From an uncultured Nitrososphaerota archaeon (lineage in GTDB: Archaea; Thermoproteota; Nitrososphaeria; Nitrososphaerales; Nitrosopumilaceae): a DNA stretch of 64,000 bases. The notes beneath the pieces were generated by a model. The model was not told the origin of the DNA. It saw nothing but the letters and a program-made list of their open reading frames with translations, and did not search any database. The position numbers were made by a program, and so were the translations under genes. Positions within the stretch are counted from its first letter, which is position 1, and every line of letters begins with the position of its first letter. The stretch lies in contig OY969559.1 in NCBI GenBank assembly GCA_963701075.1, positions 1,120,001 through 1,184,000 of the forward strand. The letters run 5' to 3'. Of this stretch, positions 40,246 through 51,256 are shown piece by piece.

Positions 40246-40279
40246 CATGGGTTTGATATATCAAAACCCAATCTTGTAA

Positions 40280-40849
40280 TTGAAAATGGCAACTCAATCA
40301 AAATGGGTAATAGAAGATGAGAGCAAAAATCAGATTGTCCGTGCCAGTACCATCAAACCCCGGCTGGATTATGCAACCGAGACTGTGGATGGCATATTGG
40401 AAATCTTAGTACAAAAAAGACGCGATTTGAACGAGTCTAACTTGATGCTCTATAGAAGATCTGACGGCACTACAGAATCGCTCAAAGTACTTGAAAGAGA
40501 AGTACGACATGAGCTTGAAATCTCATACGCCGTAGAATCGTTAAGGCAGGTAAGGCGAAGCCTTGATTCCATTGCAGGCATGGGAAATGTCCCTACCGGT
40601 CTTGCTCCTACGATATCAATTGTAAGAATAGTCAGGTCAAGGATGCTCTCTTTGCTGCCTGTAATTGACCTTGATCTTGGCGAGCTATCTCTTCTCTTGT
40701 CTGGGGTGATAATAGATGCGGCACACCTTGCAAGCTCCACTCTTGACTTTGAAAGGGCAAATGAAGAGTCGCAAAGGCTATTGGATGAAGCTAAATTGAT
40801 TGCTGACTCTAAAATATACAAGCAGTTTCCTAATCTAGATTTCCTGTAA
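40280..40849 (+). CDS. Divergent ESCRT-III / CdvB-family (Snf7) protein
   Basis: IKPRL..., LAPTISIVR, ANEESQRLLDEAKLIA...QFPNL resemble thaumarchaeal CdvB paralogs; two genes from cdvC. Confidence 0.75.
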   Translation: MKMATQSKWVIEDESKNQIVRASTIKPRLDYATETVDGILEILVQKRRDLNESNLMLYRRSDGTTESLKVLEREVRHELEISYAVESLRQVRRSLDSIAGMGNVPTGLAPTISIVRIVRSRMLSLLPVIDLDLGELSLLLSGVIIDAAHLASSTLDFERANEESQRLLDEAKLIADSKIYKQFPNLDFL

Positions 40850-40857
40850 GGCATCAC

Positions 40858-41430
40858 ATGTTGAATTTCTCAAAGGATGATACTGGACAGGATCTATCTC
40901 ATCCTCTTTTTAGAATCAAGACTCTGTCATCGAAGATAGAGCAAAAAATTATACAAAAAGACAAGGGAGCAGAAGATGGTTTTATCGAGACACTCTCAGT
41001 TGAGGAATTGAAGGATTTGAGACAGGTGATTCTTGCATCTGAATACTTGCTTACAAAATATCAGGACAAAAAAGACCTCAAGGCATTCTTGGAGGAGTTT
41101 ATTGGCATAATCATGCATACTACAAACTCAGTCAACGTCCTAAGGGACGAACTGGAAGACTTGGTAATATCAGCAGAGGTTGCCTTACAGCAGATTCATA
41201 CATTGCATGATGATGTAACCAGGAACCTAACCTTTGGGCACGCGTCTCAGACAAGGCTAGATGACTTTAGGTTATCACGTGTACCTGCCGCGCCTGTACT
41301 GGCAGCGCCTGTCCATGTATCTCCTGCTGTAACACCTGCCGTAACGCAGCCAAGTTCAATTAATTTAACAAATCCTACTAGACGAGTTCACACCAGTGAT
41401 TACCTAACAAGAACCGAAGTGGAAATCTAG
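40858..41430 (+). CDS. Hypothetical coiled-coil protein in the cdv cluster
   Basis: Helical core plus Pro/Ala-rich tail; 8-11 bp gaps to neighbours. Confidence 0.7.
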   Translation: MLNFSKDDTGQDLSHPLFRIKTLSSKIEQKIIQKDKGAEDGFIETLSVEELKDLRQVILASEYLLTKYQDKKDLKAFLEEFIGIIMHTTNSVNVLRDELEDLVISAEVALQQIHTLHDDVTRNLTFGHASQTRLDDFRLSRVPAAPVLAAPVHVSPAVTPAVTQPSSINLTNPTRRVHTSDYLTRTEVEI

Positions 41431-41441
41431 TTGGTAATATT

Positions 41442-42626
41442 ATGAGCCTAGCACCGCAAGAGTTAGAAAATAGCGCAAGTAGATTTGCTGCGGAAGCCAT
41501 AAAGTCTTGACTCACAAGGCGCACGTGGTATGGCAATCTCTAACTACCAGAGGGCAGTAGAATCGCTCACAAAGCTAATTCACCTATATCCTGAAAACAA
41601 ACTAAATAGAGTATACCAAGAACGTGTCGCTGCATATCAGAATCGTATCAAAGCATTACAATTGACTAATGTGGATATAGAGCCAGCTGTTGATCCAAAA
41701 GCAACCCCTGAAGAGCAGAAACAGTCCCTGACAAAAAATGAACTTGATTCATTGATAATGAAGGAAAAGCCAAACGTCAGCTGGGCAGAAGTAATTGGTC
41801 TTGATGATGCAAAAAACGCACTCCGAGAATCTATTGTTTATCCTGCTAAACGTCCTGACCTATTTCCACTTGGATGGCCAAGAGGAATACTGCTTTATGG
41901 TCCTCCTGGATGTGGCAAGACAGTACTTGCAGCAGCTACTGCAAGCGAGATTGATGGATATTTCATTAATGTAGATGCTGCCTCTATGATGAGCAAGTGG
42001 TTGGGTGAGGCAGAGAAGAATGTTTCAAAGCTATTCACCATGGCAAGAGGAATGGCTGAAAAAGAAGGGTTACCAGTAATATTGTTTATCGATGAAGTGG
42101 ACTCACTTCTTGGAAACCGCAATAGTGAGATAGGAGGAGAGATTAGAGTCAAAAATCAGTTTTTGACCGAGATGGACGGCATCAACGGAAAAGGAAAAGA
42201 TCTCAACTCTATGTCATAGGGGCTACAAACAAACCATGGAGCCTTGACTGGCCGTTTCTTAGGAGATTTACAAAAAGAGTCTATGTGTCGCTTCCAACGC
42301 TAGAAGCAAGAGTTAGTCTTTTTGAGCTTTATACCGCACCACTTCAAAAGGATGAAAAATCAAAACCGTCCGAGCTTGCAAAACTGGCAGACGGATACAG
42401 CGCAAGTGACATCAAAGACATTTGCCAGTCTGCACAGTTAATGGTTGTAAATGACTTGTTCCACTCGCCGGCATTCCAAGACCCTGTAGTGGGAGAAGCG
42501 CCACCGCAACCACGCCAGATCACCATGTCTGACTTTAAGGAAATAATCACAAGACGAAAGCCAAGTGTAAGCATGGAAATGATTCGCGCCTATTACAAGT
42601 GGAGCGATCAATTCAAGGCCCTGTAG
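41442..42626 (+). CDS. cdvC: Vps4/CdvC AAA ATPase with MIT domain (two compensating 1-bp lesions at 41505 and 42206/7, probable artefacts)
   Basis: MSLAPQELE...MIT; GPPGCGKT; FIDEVD; YVIGATNKPW; corrected length 394 aa. Confidence 0.9.
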
Positions 42627-42716
42627 ATTCAAAAATCTACCAGTATTATCTTTGAAACTAGAACGCAAAAATAAAATTTAGATCGACATAAAACTTAAAT
42701 TCGTATTATTCTGCAG

Positions 42717-43889
42717 TTGCTGAGGGTCTCAGAAATTCCAACAAAGAAAGCCAAACATGTAAACAAGTTTGGTAAGCTTGTTTTGGAAGATGGCACTGTT
42801 TTTGATGGAATGGGTTTTGGTTATTCTACAACTGTTTCAGGCGAGGCTGTCTTCAATACAGGCATGTCAGGTTATACTGAAGCGCTAACTGACCCGTCAT
42901 ACAGTGGACAGATTCTGACTCTTACTTATCCATTGGTAGGAAATTATGGCATTCCAAATGTTTTGGAAAAAGATGAAGATGGCATCAAAAAATATATCGA
43001 ATCTGACAAGATACAGGTGCGGGCACTTGTGGTCCACGAATTATCCATTACTGCAAGCCACTGGAATCTTGCCATGACGCTAGATGAATGGCTATACAAC
43101 GAAAAGATACCTGGAATTTCAGGAATTGATACAAGGGCACTTACGACAAAACTTAGGACACAGGGCGTCATGATGGCAATACTTGCCGTATCTGAAAAAG
43201 AGATTGACGAACAAGCGCTCAAAGCACAACTTGCATCTGCCAAAAAATACAACGATGATGAATTCATGACTGTGGTATCCACCAAGGAACCCAAGACATA
43301 TGGTACCGGACGAGAGTCGATCGTGGTAGTAGACACGGGTGTAAAAAATGCAATACTGCGCAATGTCATAAAACTTGGATACAAAGTAATCTGCGTTCCG
43401 TGGAACTATTCTGTGGAAAAGATTCTCTCCTACGAACCAAAGGGCGTTGTGATAGCAAGCGGTCCTGGGGATCCAATAAAATGCGGTGAGACCATGGACA
43501 CTGCAAAAGCTTTGATTGAAAAAAATATTCCAACGCTTGGAATATGCCTTGGTGCGCAGATTCTAGGTCTTGCTGGCGGTGCAAGCACATACAAGCTAAA
43601 GTATGGCCATCGGGGACAGAACAAGTCATGCATTGACTTGGATACAAAACAAGTCTACGTGACAAGCCAGAACCATGGATATTGTCTTGACCCAGATTCT
43701 CTAAAGAACACTGATTTCAAATTATGGTTTACAAATACTGATGACAAAACGGTAGAGGGAATACGACACAAAGAAAAAAAGATTCTTGCAGTACAATTTC
43801 ATCCAGAAGCGTCACCTGGTCCTTTTGATTGTATGTTTATTTTTGAAGAGCTTAAACGACTCATAGGGGAGGACAATGCCAAAAGATGA
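42717..43889 (+). CDS. carA: Carbamoyl-phosphate synthase small subunit
   Basis: LTDPSY, YPLVGNYG, GICLG, SQNHG, QFHPE. Confidence 0.96.
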   Translation: MLRVSEIPTKKAKHVNKFGKLVLEDGTVFDGMGFGYSTTVSGEAVFNTGMSGYTEALTDPSYSGQILTLTYPLVGNYGIPNVLEKDEDGIKKYIESDKIQVRALVVHELSITASHWNLAMTLDEWLYNEKIPGISGIDTRALTTKLRTQGVMMAILAVSEKEIDEQALKAQLASAKKYNDDEFMTVVSTKEPKTYGTGRESIVVVDTGVKNAILRNVIKLGYKVICVPWNYSVEKILSYEPKGVVIASGPGDPIKCGETMDTAKALIEKNIPTLGICLGAQILGLAGGASTYKLKYGHRGQNKSCIDLDTKQVYVTSQNHGYCLDPDSLKNTDFKLWFTNTDDKTVEGIRHKEKKILAVQFHPEASPGPFDCMFIFEELKRLIGEDNAKR

Positions 43890-46800
43890 GTCGCTAAAAA
43901 AAATATTGGTTCTTGGCAGTGGGGCAATTAAAATCGGAGAAGCAGGCGAAAGTCACAAAATGACCGCCAGTTCGACTACTCCGGTAGCCAATGTCTCAAG
44001 GCCATAAAGGAAGAAGGGATACAAAGCATTCTTGTAAATCCAAACATTGCAACAATTCAAACTGACACAAGGTTTGCAGACAAGGTGTATTCAATTCCGG
44101 TAAACCCCCAGTACGTAGAGTCCATCATAGAATCTGAAAGGCCAGACGGCCTGATGCTTGGATTCGGTGGACAGACTGCTCTGAACTGTGGAGTAAAACT
44201 CGAAGAGATGGGCGTGCTAAAAAAATATGGGGTGCGGGTGCTGGGTACACAGGTGGCAGGGATTCGGGCAACCGAAGACAGGCAACTCTTCAAGGATGCC
44301 ATGATAGAGTGCGGCGTTCCAGTACTGAAAAGTAAGACAGTTTACAACTTTGAGCAGGCAAAAGAGATTGCAAATGAGCTTGGCTATCCTGTAATCATAC
44401 GTGTTGCATACACATTGGGCGGAAAGGGTGGAGGAGTGGCACACAATGAAATCGAGTGACACGAAATAGTGACAAGGGGCCTTAACGCAAGTCTTGTGGG
44501 GCAGGTACTAATTGAGGAGTATGTGGGGCACTGGAAGCAGATAGAGTATGAGGTCATGGCAGACTATGATGGTAACAATGTAATAATTTGTAACATGGAA
44601 AATGTTCTTTCAATGAGGGTGCATACTGGTGACAATATAGTTGTGGCACCATCGCAGACACTTGATAATTTAGAGTACCAGATGTTAAGGTCTGCAGCAC
44701 TAAAGGCAGCACGTCATGTTGGTATAGTTGGTGAGTGCAACATACAGTTTGCACTAGATGCAGATTCTGACAAGTATGTTGCAATAGAGATGAATCCAAG
44801 ACTCTCGCGCTCGTCTGCACTTGCAAGCAAGGCCACTGGATACCCAATAGCATACATGGCAGCAAAGATTGGGATGGGTCACACACTTCCTGAGCTTGTA
44901 AATCGTATAACAAAAACCACCACTGCGTGCTTTGAGCCCTCACTTGACTATATCGTATGCAAGCATCCGCGATGGGACTTTGGCAAGTTTGAGCTTGCAA
45001 ACCGCAGCCTTGGACCTACAATGAAATCAGTAGGCGAGGTAATGGCAGTGGGAACATGTTTTGAAGAATCATTTCAAAAAGCAATTAGGATGCTTGAGAT
45101 TGGAAACGACGGACTTGTTGCAAACCGAACCCCTGACAAGATTTACGATGTCGAGGATCTGGAAGACAAGCTGCAAAAGCCAGATGACCATATACTATAC
45201 CACGTAGCAGCAGCACTGCGGCAGGGAATCTCAGTTGAGAGAATCTACAAGCTTTCTGCAATAGACCCGTGGTTTGTAGAAAAAATTAAAAACATTGTAG
45301 AGACTGAGAAAAATCTCAAGGAATCAAATCTTGATAAAAATACATTGAGTGCTGCAAAAAAACTTGGATTCTCAGACAAGCAGATTGGAAGGCTGACAGG
45401 AAAAGACGACATGGAAGTTCGAAAGATGAGAAAAGAGTCTGGAATTGTACCTGTAGTAAAACGAATAGACACCCTTGCAGCAGAGTGGCCTGCCCAGACA
45501 AACTATCTATACCTTACATATGGTGGAAAAACAAATGACTTTGAGGTAAACTCTGATAATGAAAAGATAGCGGTGCTAGGCGCAGGGCCATACCGCATTG
45601 GGAGCAGCGTAGAGTTTGACTGGGGAACAGTAAACATGGTTTGGGGGCTCAAGGAAAATGGCGTAAAGGAGGTCTCTGTGATAAACTGCAACCCCGAAAC
45701 CGTATCGACTGACTATGATATCTGTGACAGGTTGTACTTTGAAGAGTTGACACTTGAAAGGGTTCTTGATATTGCAGAATTTGAAAAGTTGACAGGAATT
45801 GTGACTGCAGTAGGGGGCCAGACTGCAAACAACTTGACACCGAAACTTGCAAAACATGGAATTAAGATAATTGGAACGTCATACGAGGATATCGACAGGG
45901 CAGAAAACAGGTCTCACTTTAGCAAGGTGCTTGATAATCTTCACATAAGGCAGCCCCCATGGCAGGCGTTCTCAAGTTTGTCTGATGCTAAAAAGTTTGC
46001 ACTAAAGGTGGGCTATCCGGTTCTTGTAAGGCCATCTTATGTGCTAAGCGGCGCTGCAATGAAAGTTGTCTGGTCAGAAGAACAACTCAAAAAATATCTG
46101 GACGAAGCAGCCAATGTCTCGCCAGACTATCCTGTCGTTATTACAAAGTTCATGCTAAACTCACTTGAGGCCGAAGTGGATGGAGTCTCAGATGGAAAAA
46201 ATGTTGTAATCGGTGCAGTAATAGAACACATTGAAGGGGCAGGTGTGCATTCTGGAGATTCCATGATGTGCATCCCTCCATGGAGCCTTTCCAACAAGGT
46301 CATTGAGACAATACTTGATTATACGAAAAAAATTGCAAGTGCGTTTACAATAAAGGGTCCGTTTAATCTGCAATTTCTTATCAACTCTGATCAGGTCTTT
46401 GTAATTGAGCTTAACATCAGGGCATCGCGCTCCATGCCGTTTGTGTCAAAATTTGTCAGGATGAATCTTATCAGTCTTGCAGCACGGGCAGTACTTGGAA
46501 AACCTCTTCCGGCAATTCCACATGACAGGTGGCGCAAGATACACAACTATGGAATCAAGGTACCGCAGTTTTCATTTATGCAACTTGAAGGTGCTGATGT
46601 GATACTTGGAGTGGAGATGCAGTCAACAGGGGAAGCTGCATGCTTTGGCGAAAGCTTCTATGATGCACTAGCAAAGGGGTTAATCTCTGTAGGGTACTCT
46701 TTGCCAAAGGAAGGATCAGTATTGATAACAGCGGGAGGCTCTGAGAACAAGGAGAAACTCTTGCAGACTGCACTCTTGCTCAAAAGTCTTGGCTACAAGA

Positions 46801-47138
46801 TTTTAGCAACAGAGCACACTGCAGAATTTTTGTCAGACAAGAGGATAGGGGATGTGCAAATTGTATACAAGATTAGCGAGCCCCAGCGCAAGCCCAACAT
46901 TGCAGACATGCTGTACCAGCACAAGATTGATTTTATCATAAACGTGCCAAGCACATCGACACTTGAAAAATATGTCGGCATGTTGTACGACGAGTACCAG
47001 ATAAGAAGAAAGGCAGTAGAGCTTGGCATACCTGTGCTGATAACAACGGAACTGGCAGACTCTTTTGCAAAGACACTAGAGTGGTTGAGGCACAACGAGA
47101 CCACCAAAAAGCCACTAGAGCCGTACGAGACAATTTGA
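43876..47138 (+). CDS. carB: Carbamoyl-phosphate synthase large subunit; join(43876-43950,43971-47138), 1080 aa; internal TGA at 44457 is a probable artefact
   Basis: GGAGG RBS; MPKD...VLGSGAIKIGEAGE|FDYSGSQ; NPRLSRSSALASKATG; second ATP-grasp half; MGS domain. Confidence 0.93.
43951..43970 (+). other. Candidate 20-nt bulge-helix-bulge (BHB) mRNA intron in carB
   Basis: AGTCACAAAATGACCGCCAG; GGCG/CGCC 4-bp helix with 3-nt bulges AAA and AGT; canonical cuts restore the frame and the conserved motif. Confidence 0.88.
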
Positions 47139-47195
47139 TAGATATCTTCTACCGATACATTGAATGAAAAAATCTTGAAGTCTTTGAAAGAATCT

Positions 47196-48152
47196 TTATC
47201 TTTGGATTTCAATGCCAAGGCTTTTTCTTAATACCTTGGAAAGATTTCTTATTGTCACGCTGCTAATGCCTGATGCCCGTGCGAGTTTATCTTGAGTGAA
47301 CTTTTCCTCATTTAGTAATCCTGACATGTAGATGGCAGTTGCTGCAAGTGAGACGGGGTTCTTGCCATTGGTTATTCCCTTTTCTTTTGCCCTGTAAAGT
47401 ATGTCAAGTGCATCCCTTTTTGCCTTCTCGCTTGAACCAATAGCTGTTCCTATCTTTGATACAAATTCTGATGGATCAAAGGCATCTATTTGCAAGCCAA
47501 GCGTATTGACAAATATTCTATAGTTCCTTGAAAGATCCTTGACTGTTATGTTTCCTTCATGTGCAATATCGCTCAGGGTCCTTGGAACATTTGATTCCCT
47601 GCAGGCTATGCATAGTGCGGAAAGAATCATTCCTTTTATGGTTCTTCCCCTGACTATGTTTTTTGTAAGTGCCTTTCTGTATAGGTAGGCGGCTCGCTCA
47701 ATTACTGCATCAGAGATCTCAAGCTTTGACTGTATTGATGACATTACCGCAAACGCCGCACGCAGGTTTCGCTCAGCAGAGTTTGTCTTGCTTCTGCTAT
47801 CCCATGTTCTCAACCTGTTGAATGTATACTTCATGTAACCTGAGATGGAGTTTCCTGCCGCATCTCTGTTTGCGTTTCCAATTATTGTTGAGAGTCCCTT
47901 GTCATGGATGGAAAGCGTTGACGCCATTCCTGTCCTTGTATTATTGTTATAATCTTCTAGCGTAAACGATCTTTGTTCAGGCGTTGTATCCTCCACCTTG
48001 TCTACTAGTACAGCACCACAACTTGCGCACAAGATCTCACCGCGTACGGCATCCGTAATTAGAGGGCCGTGAGATTCTCTGCCCTGAACGCACGCGTCCT
48101 TGGCGCTTTTTTGAACTATACATTTCTGTCTGGATTTATTATTAACTACCAA
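47196..48152 (-). CDS. tfb: Transcription initiation factor B paralog
   Basis: GEILCASCGAVL Zn ribbon, HDKGLST, RLRTWD, ERNL, two cyclin repeats; TTG start inferred. Confidence 0.92.
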   Translation of the reverse strand: MVVNNKSRQKCIVQKSAKDACVQGRESHGPLITDAVRGEILCASCGAVLVDKVEDTTPEQRSFTLEDYNNNTRTGMASTLSIHDKGLSTIIGNANRDAAGNSISGYMKYTFNRLRTWDSRSKTNSAERNLRAAFAVMSSIQSKLEISDAVIERAAYLYRKALTKNIVRGRTIKGMILSALCIACRESNVPRTLSDIAHEGNITVKDLSRNYRIFVNTLGLQIDAFDPSEFVSKIGTAIGSSEKAKRDALDILYRAKEKGITNGKNPVSLAATAIYMSGLLNEEKFTQDKLARASGISSVTIRNLSKVLRKSLGIEIQR

Positions 48153-48231
48153 ATGTATATCTACTATAGTTATGAAAGTATTTAAACATACAAGTAAGGG
48201 ACTGGATATCAAGTAAAGGCGTGGTAAGTAT

Positions 48232-48852
48232 CTATTGGTACCACTGGTGTGTTATTGCCTGTATCTCTCCAAACGCCTTTGCCAAATTGTTTGACTTGGC
48301 ATCTTCTGCTCCATTCATTCCCTCTGCAAGTATTCCTTTTACCTCGCTGAACCCCATGAATTGAAACTCTGCATTTGAAAGGGAGACTGCATGCTCCCAT
48401 GCCTTCATGGGGCCAGTGCTGTACGAGCCTCCGCTAGAAACGATTGTCAGCGCTTTTTTTCCTTTCATTAATCCTGAATACTTTCCATCCTGTGCATTCC
48501 ATGTGTGACCCTTTAGCATGATGGAATCAAACCATGCCTTGACTACCGCAGGCATGGAAAAGTTGAACATTGGATATGCAAGAACTATGATATCAGATGA
48601 TTTTACCTGCTCTATCATTTTATCCATCTTGGACAGGAGACTCTTTTGTTCTGCTGATATGTCCTGCTTTAGGTAATCGCGCTGGATATAGGCCATGAGG
48701 TTGTCAGCCAAGAATAGGTCTGGAACGTCTTTGGCAAGATCAAGCTCTTCAATTGACGAGTTTTTTACCTTAGACTTGAACTCTGCTAAAACCTTTCTAG
48801 TGTTAGAGCGCTCTCCGCGAGGAATATATTTTACAACAAGTGTCTTGGTCAG
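48232..48852 (-). CDS. FMN-dependent NADH-azoreductase / flavodoxin-fold quinone reductase
   Basis: Frame open to CTG at 48852 after GGTGA RBS (TKTLVVKYIPRGERSNT); PMFNFSMPAVVKAWFD; SSGGSY. Confidence 0.88.
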   Translation of the reverse strand: MTKTLVVKYIPRGERSNTRKVLAEFKSKVKNSSIEELDLAKDVPDLFLADNLMAYIQRDYLKQDISAEQKSLLSKMDKMIEQVKSSDIIVLAYPMFNFSMPAVVKAWFDSIMLKGHTWNAQDGKYSGLMKGKKALTIVSSGGSYSTGPMKAWEHAVSLSNAEFQFMGFSEVKGILAEGMNGAEDAKSNNLAKAFGEIQAITHQWYQ

Positions 48853-48945
48853 CTGTTTTCACCTAAATTTTCTATACTAGATATAGAAAGGTAAGTATTT
48901 AAATCAGCGAGTAACTACCTGTAAATTAACTGAGGCTGTGGTAAG

Positions 48946-49356
48946 TTGAAAGAAGAAGAGTGTAGAATACTTGCAGATAGCATGAAAGCGTGTCCCATTG
49001 ATAATACATTTGCAATAATTGGTAAAAAGTTTACAGTACACATTTTAAGAAACATGACTAGACTGAATCAGACCAGGTTCAACGAGTTTCTTGATACCAT
49101 TGATGGCATAAACCCAAAGACCCTGTCGGCTAGACTTCGTGAGATGGGAAGAAACGGGCTCATTGAGAGAAAGATCTATCCTGGCACTCCTGTGCGAATA
49201 GAGTATTCCATGACTGACAAGGGCAAGGCACTAACCCCAATTTTGGAACAGATGGCGGCATTTTCTATGCAGTATTGTGCAAAAGACGTCTTCAAGGACG
49301 GCAAGCCTCGCGCATTCAAGCAAGTGTTTGAAAAATCTCCAAGTATTGTAAAATAA
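48946..49356 (+). CDS. HxlR family regulator, divergent from the azoreductase gene
   Basis: CPIDNTFAIIGKKF...RFNEF...INPKTLSARLRE...RIEYSMTDKG. Confidence 0.92.
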   Translation: MKEEECRILADSMKACPIDNTFAIIGKKFTVHILRNMTRLNQTRFNEFLDTIDGINPKTLSARLREMGRNGLIERKIYPGTPVRIEYSMTDKGKALTPILEQMAAFSMQYCAKDVFKDGKPRAFKQVFEKSPSIVK

Positions 49357-49520
49357 AACTCTAAAAATTTACTGTATTTGCCTTGATCTAGTCTGATTTT
49401 TCCAAAAGCCTGGGTCTATTTACCATGTTCGTGCTTTTTGCTTTGACTCTAAATCTTGTACATCAATTGATAAAAACAATTGATATCATTTTTTATAATT
49501 TCAAACCAAGACGAAAGAAA

Positions 49521-50102
49521 ATGCGGGCATTATTGTTATTGGCAATACTGGCATCGTGCGCCTTGCTAGTTCATACTGCATCTGCAACCGCCTCTACTGG
49601 AGGCATGGGGGATGCGGTAAAACAAGAAAAAATCTCTCTTGAATATTATACTCTTCCAGTATTTATTGGAGTTTTTACGTACCAGTCAAGTGATCCGACA
49701 GTTGATTCGCCGCCAAGCATCAGTACTTCCTATGGGACCTCGATGGTGCTCAACTCTACCTCTAATAATACAAACGATACTGTCGCCTGGCTTTCACAAT
49801 TCAGCCCATTTACGCCGCAAAATGCATACGCCACATTTGTCTCTCAGCTAAATCAAACCGTTCAGGCTATTTTCTTGGGCCAGTTCAATTATACAATGCA
49901 GAAAACAGATGATGGTCTTGCTGCCATGACCCAAGTTGAGCAAAATGGAGGAAATGCTAGCCAGGCAAGAGAAGCATTCATTGAAAATGCTACTGCCTCT
50001 AGAAGCGATATTACAACTGTCAACAACAACCTCAATGTACAGTATGCCCATGCAAACAGTACAGTACAAGCCGAGTTTGACAAATACGGAAACTTGCGCT
50101 GA
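49521..50102 (+). CDS. Hypothetical secreted protein
   Basis: Signal peptide MRALLLLAILASCALL; N/T/S-rich. Confidence 0.65.
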   Translation: MRALLLLAILASCALLVHTASATASTGGMGDAVKQEKISLEYYTLPVFIGVFTYQSSDPTVDSPPSISTSYGTSMVLNSTSNNTNDTVAWLSQFSPFTPQNAYATFVSQLNQTVQAIFLGQFNYTMQKTDDGLAAMTQVEQNGGNASQAREAFIENATASRSDITTVNNNLNVQYAHANSTVQAEFDKYGNLR

Positions 50103-50171
50103 TCCTACAAAATCAGGCTTGCTGACATTGGTTTGAAGAATCAGTACAGGCAATATTTTACAAGTCTTGCT

Positions 50172-50921
50172 CTAAAGAACACTTGATACCATTGATTCAT
50201 TGCCAATTATGGAACCGTCAAGTGTTACTATCTTTGCAGACTTGAATCTCTTGATTGCATTAATTAATGGCGAGATTGATTTTTTGTAGGATTTCTTAAA
50301 TGTCGCATAAAAATACTTGTTAAATGATGGTACAATAATAATTTCTATCTCTCCTGTTGTTGAAGGAAAGATTTGGCTCTTTTCTGCCTTGATTGAAACC
50401 CATACTCGCTGGCCGTCCAAGACCGACCCTTCATGAAAATATACTGGATGAAGATGGCCCATCACAATCTTGTTTATCTGGGACAAGTTCTCAGAAGGCA
50501 TCACGTGCCCATGGGTCAATAGCGTATCGTCAATCACAATGCCTGATGAGCTGGATACAGTTACCCAGTCTGGCACAAGTTTCTGTATATTTCCGTCGTG
50601 GTTGCCTGGAATCACAATGGTCTCAATCTTTTTTCCAATCTCAAAGAAGAGTGGCACCATGCTCCATTCTATCTTTGATATGGACTCTACGCTTGATTTT
50701 ACATCGCCTAACAATATCAGCGAATCTGGCTTTTCTGATTCGATGATTTTTTCCAAGATTTGTACAGTTTCTGCAATGATCTCTTTTGGGCCTATGTGGA
50801 TATCATTTGCCATGATCTTGCTCTCAAAGCCGATGTGCAAGTCTGTCACAACAAGATATCTCTTTGTGTCCTCTAAAATAAGGGCAGGCTGTGACTGGAC
50901 TAATCTTGTCAGGACCATCAA
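50172..50921 (-). CDS. Metallophosphoesterase (ICC/calcineurin-like)
   Basis: DLHIG, LGD, GNHD, HGH, GHLHP. Confidence 0.92.
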   Translation of the reverse strand: MMVLTRLVQSQPALILEDTKRYLVVTDLHIGFESKIMANDIHIGPKEIIAETVQILEKIIESEKPDSLILLGDVKSSVESISKIEWSMVPLFFEIGKKIETIVIPGNHDGNIQKLVPDWVTVSSSSGIVIDDTLLTHGHVMPSENLSQINKIVMGHLHPVYFHEGSVLDGQRVWVSIKAEKSQIFPSTTGEIEIIIVPSFNKYFYATFKKSYKKSISPLINAIKRFKSAKIVTLDGSIIGNESMVSSVL

Positions 50922-50953
50922 AGATAATACGATTAGTTTTGAATTAAATTCTT

Positions 50954-51256
50954 GTGAAAGGACGAGGAGATGCTGACTCTATTGTATCTGACAGGGGAGT
51001 AAAATTGCACCACTTTGAGCCAAGCGGGAGAAAGATCTGGACCGTAGTTGGAAAGGAAAACGAGCACTGGCTTGACCCTGAGTTGGGGTTTTGCTCATGT
51101 GCAGATTACTATTACAATGCGTTGAGTACGGGCGGTGAATGCTATCATCTAAAAGCAGTAAGAATTGCAAAGGAGCAGAAAAAAATAGAGACTGTAAAAT
51201 TTTCTGATTCAGAGTTTGAGAGTTTTATTTCTGCTCTTGTCAGAGAGTTACTGTGA
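50954..51256 (+). CDS. SWIM zinc-finger protein
   Basis: CSCADY...CYH. Confidence 0.82.
   Translation: MKGRGDADSIVSDRGVKLHHFEPSGRKIWTVVGKENEHWLDPELGFCSCADYYYNALSTGGECYHLKAVRIAKEQKKIETVKFSDSEFESFISALVRELL

Noticed and set aside
30281-42626. sucD, ileS and cdvC as pseudogenes or programmed frameshifts
   Set aside because: These are single-base lesions at AGCT in otherwise intact core genes, with no slippery heptamers or BHB structure seen; artefact is far more likely
44457-44459. In-frame TGA in carB as selenocysteine or stop-codon recoding
   Set aside because: It falls at an expected Leu (EIELHE) in a GAG CTN (AGCT) context like the other lesions, and TGA is a normal stop elsewhere in the window
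48850-48855. Missing standard start codon of the azoreductase as a ninth AGCT lesion
   Set aside because: It lies on an AGCT, but a genuine CTG start after the GGTGA RBS explains it equally well, so it was not counted
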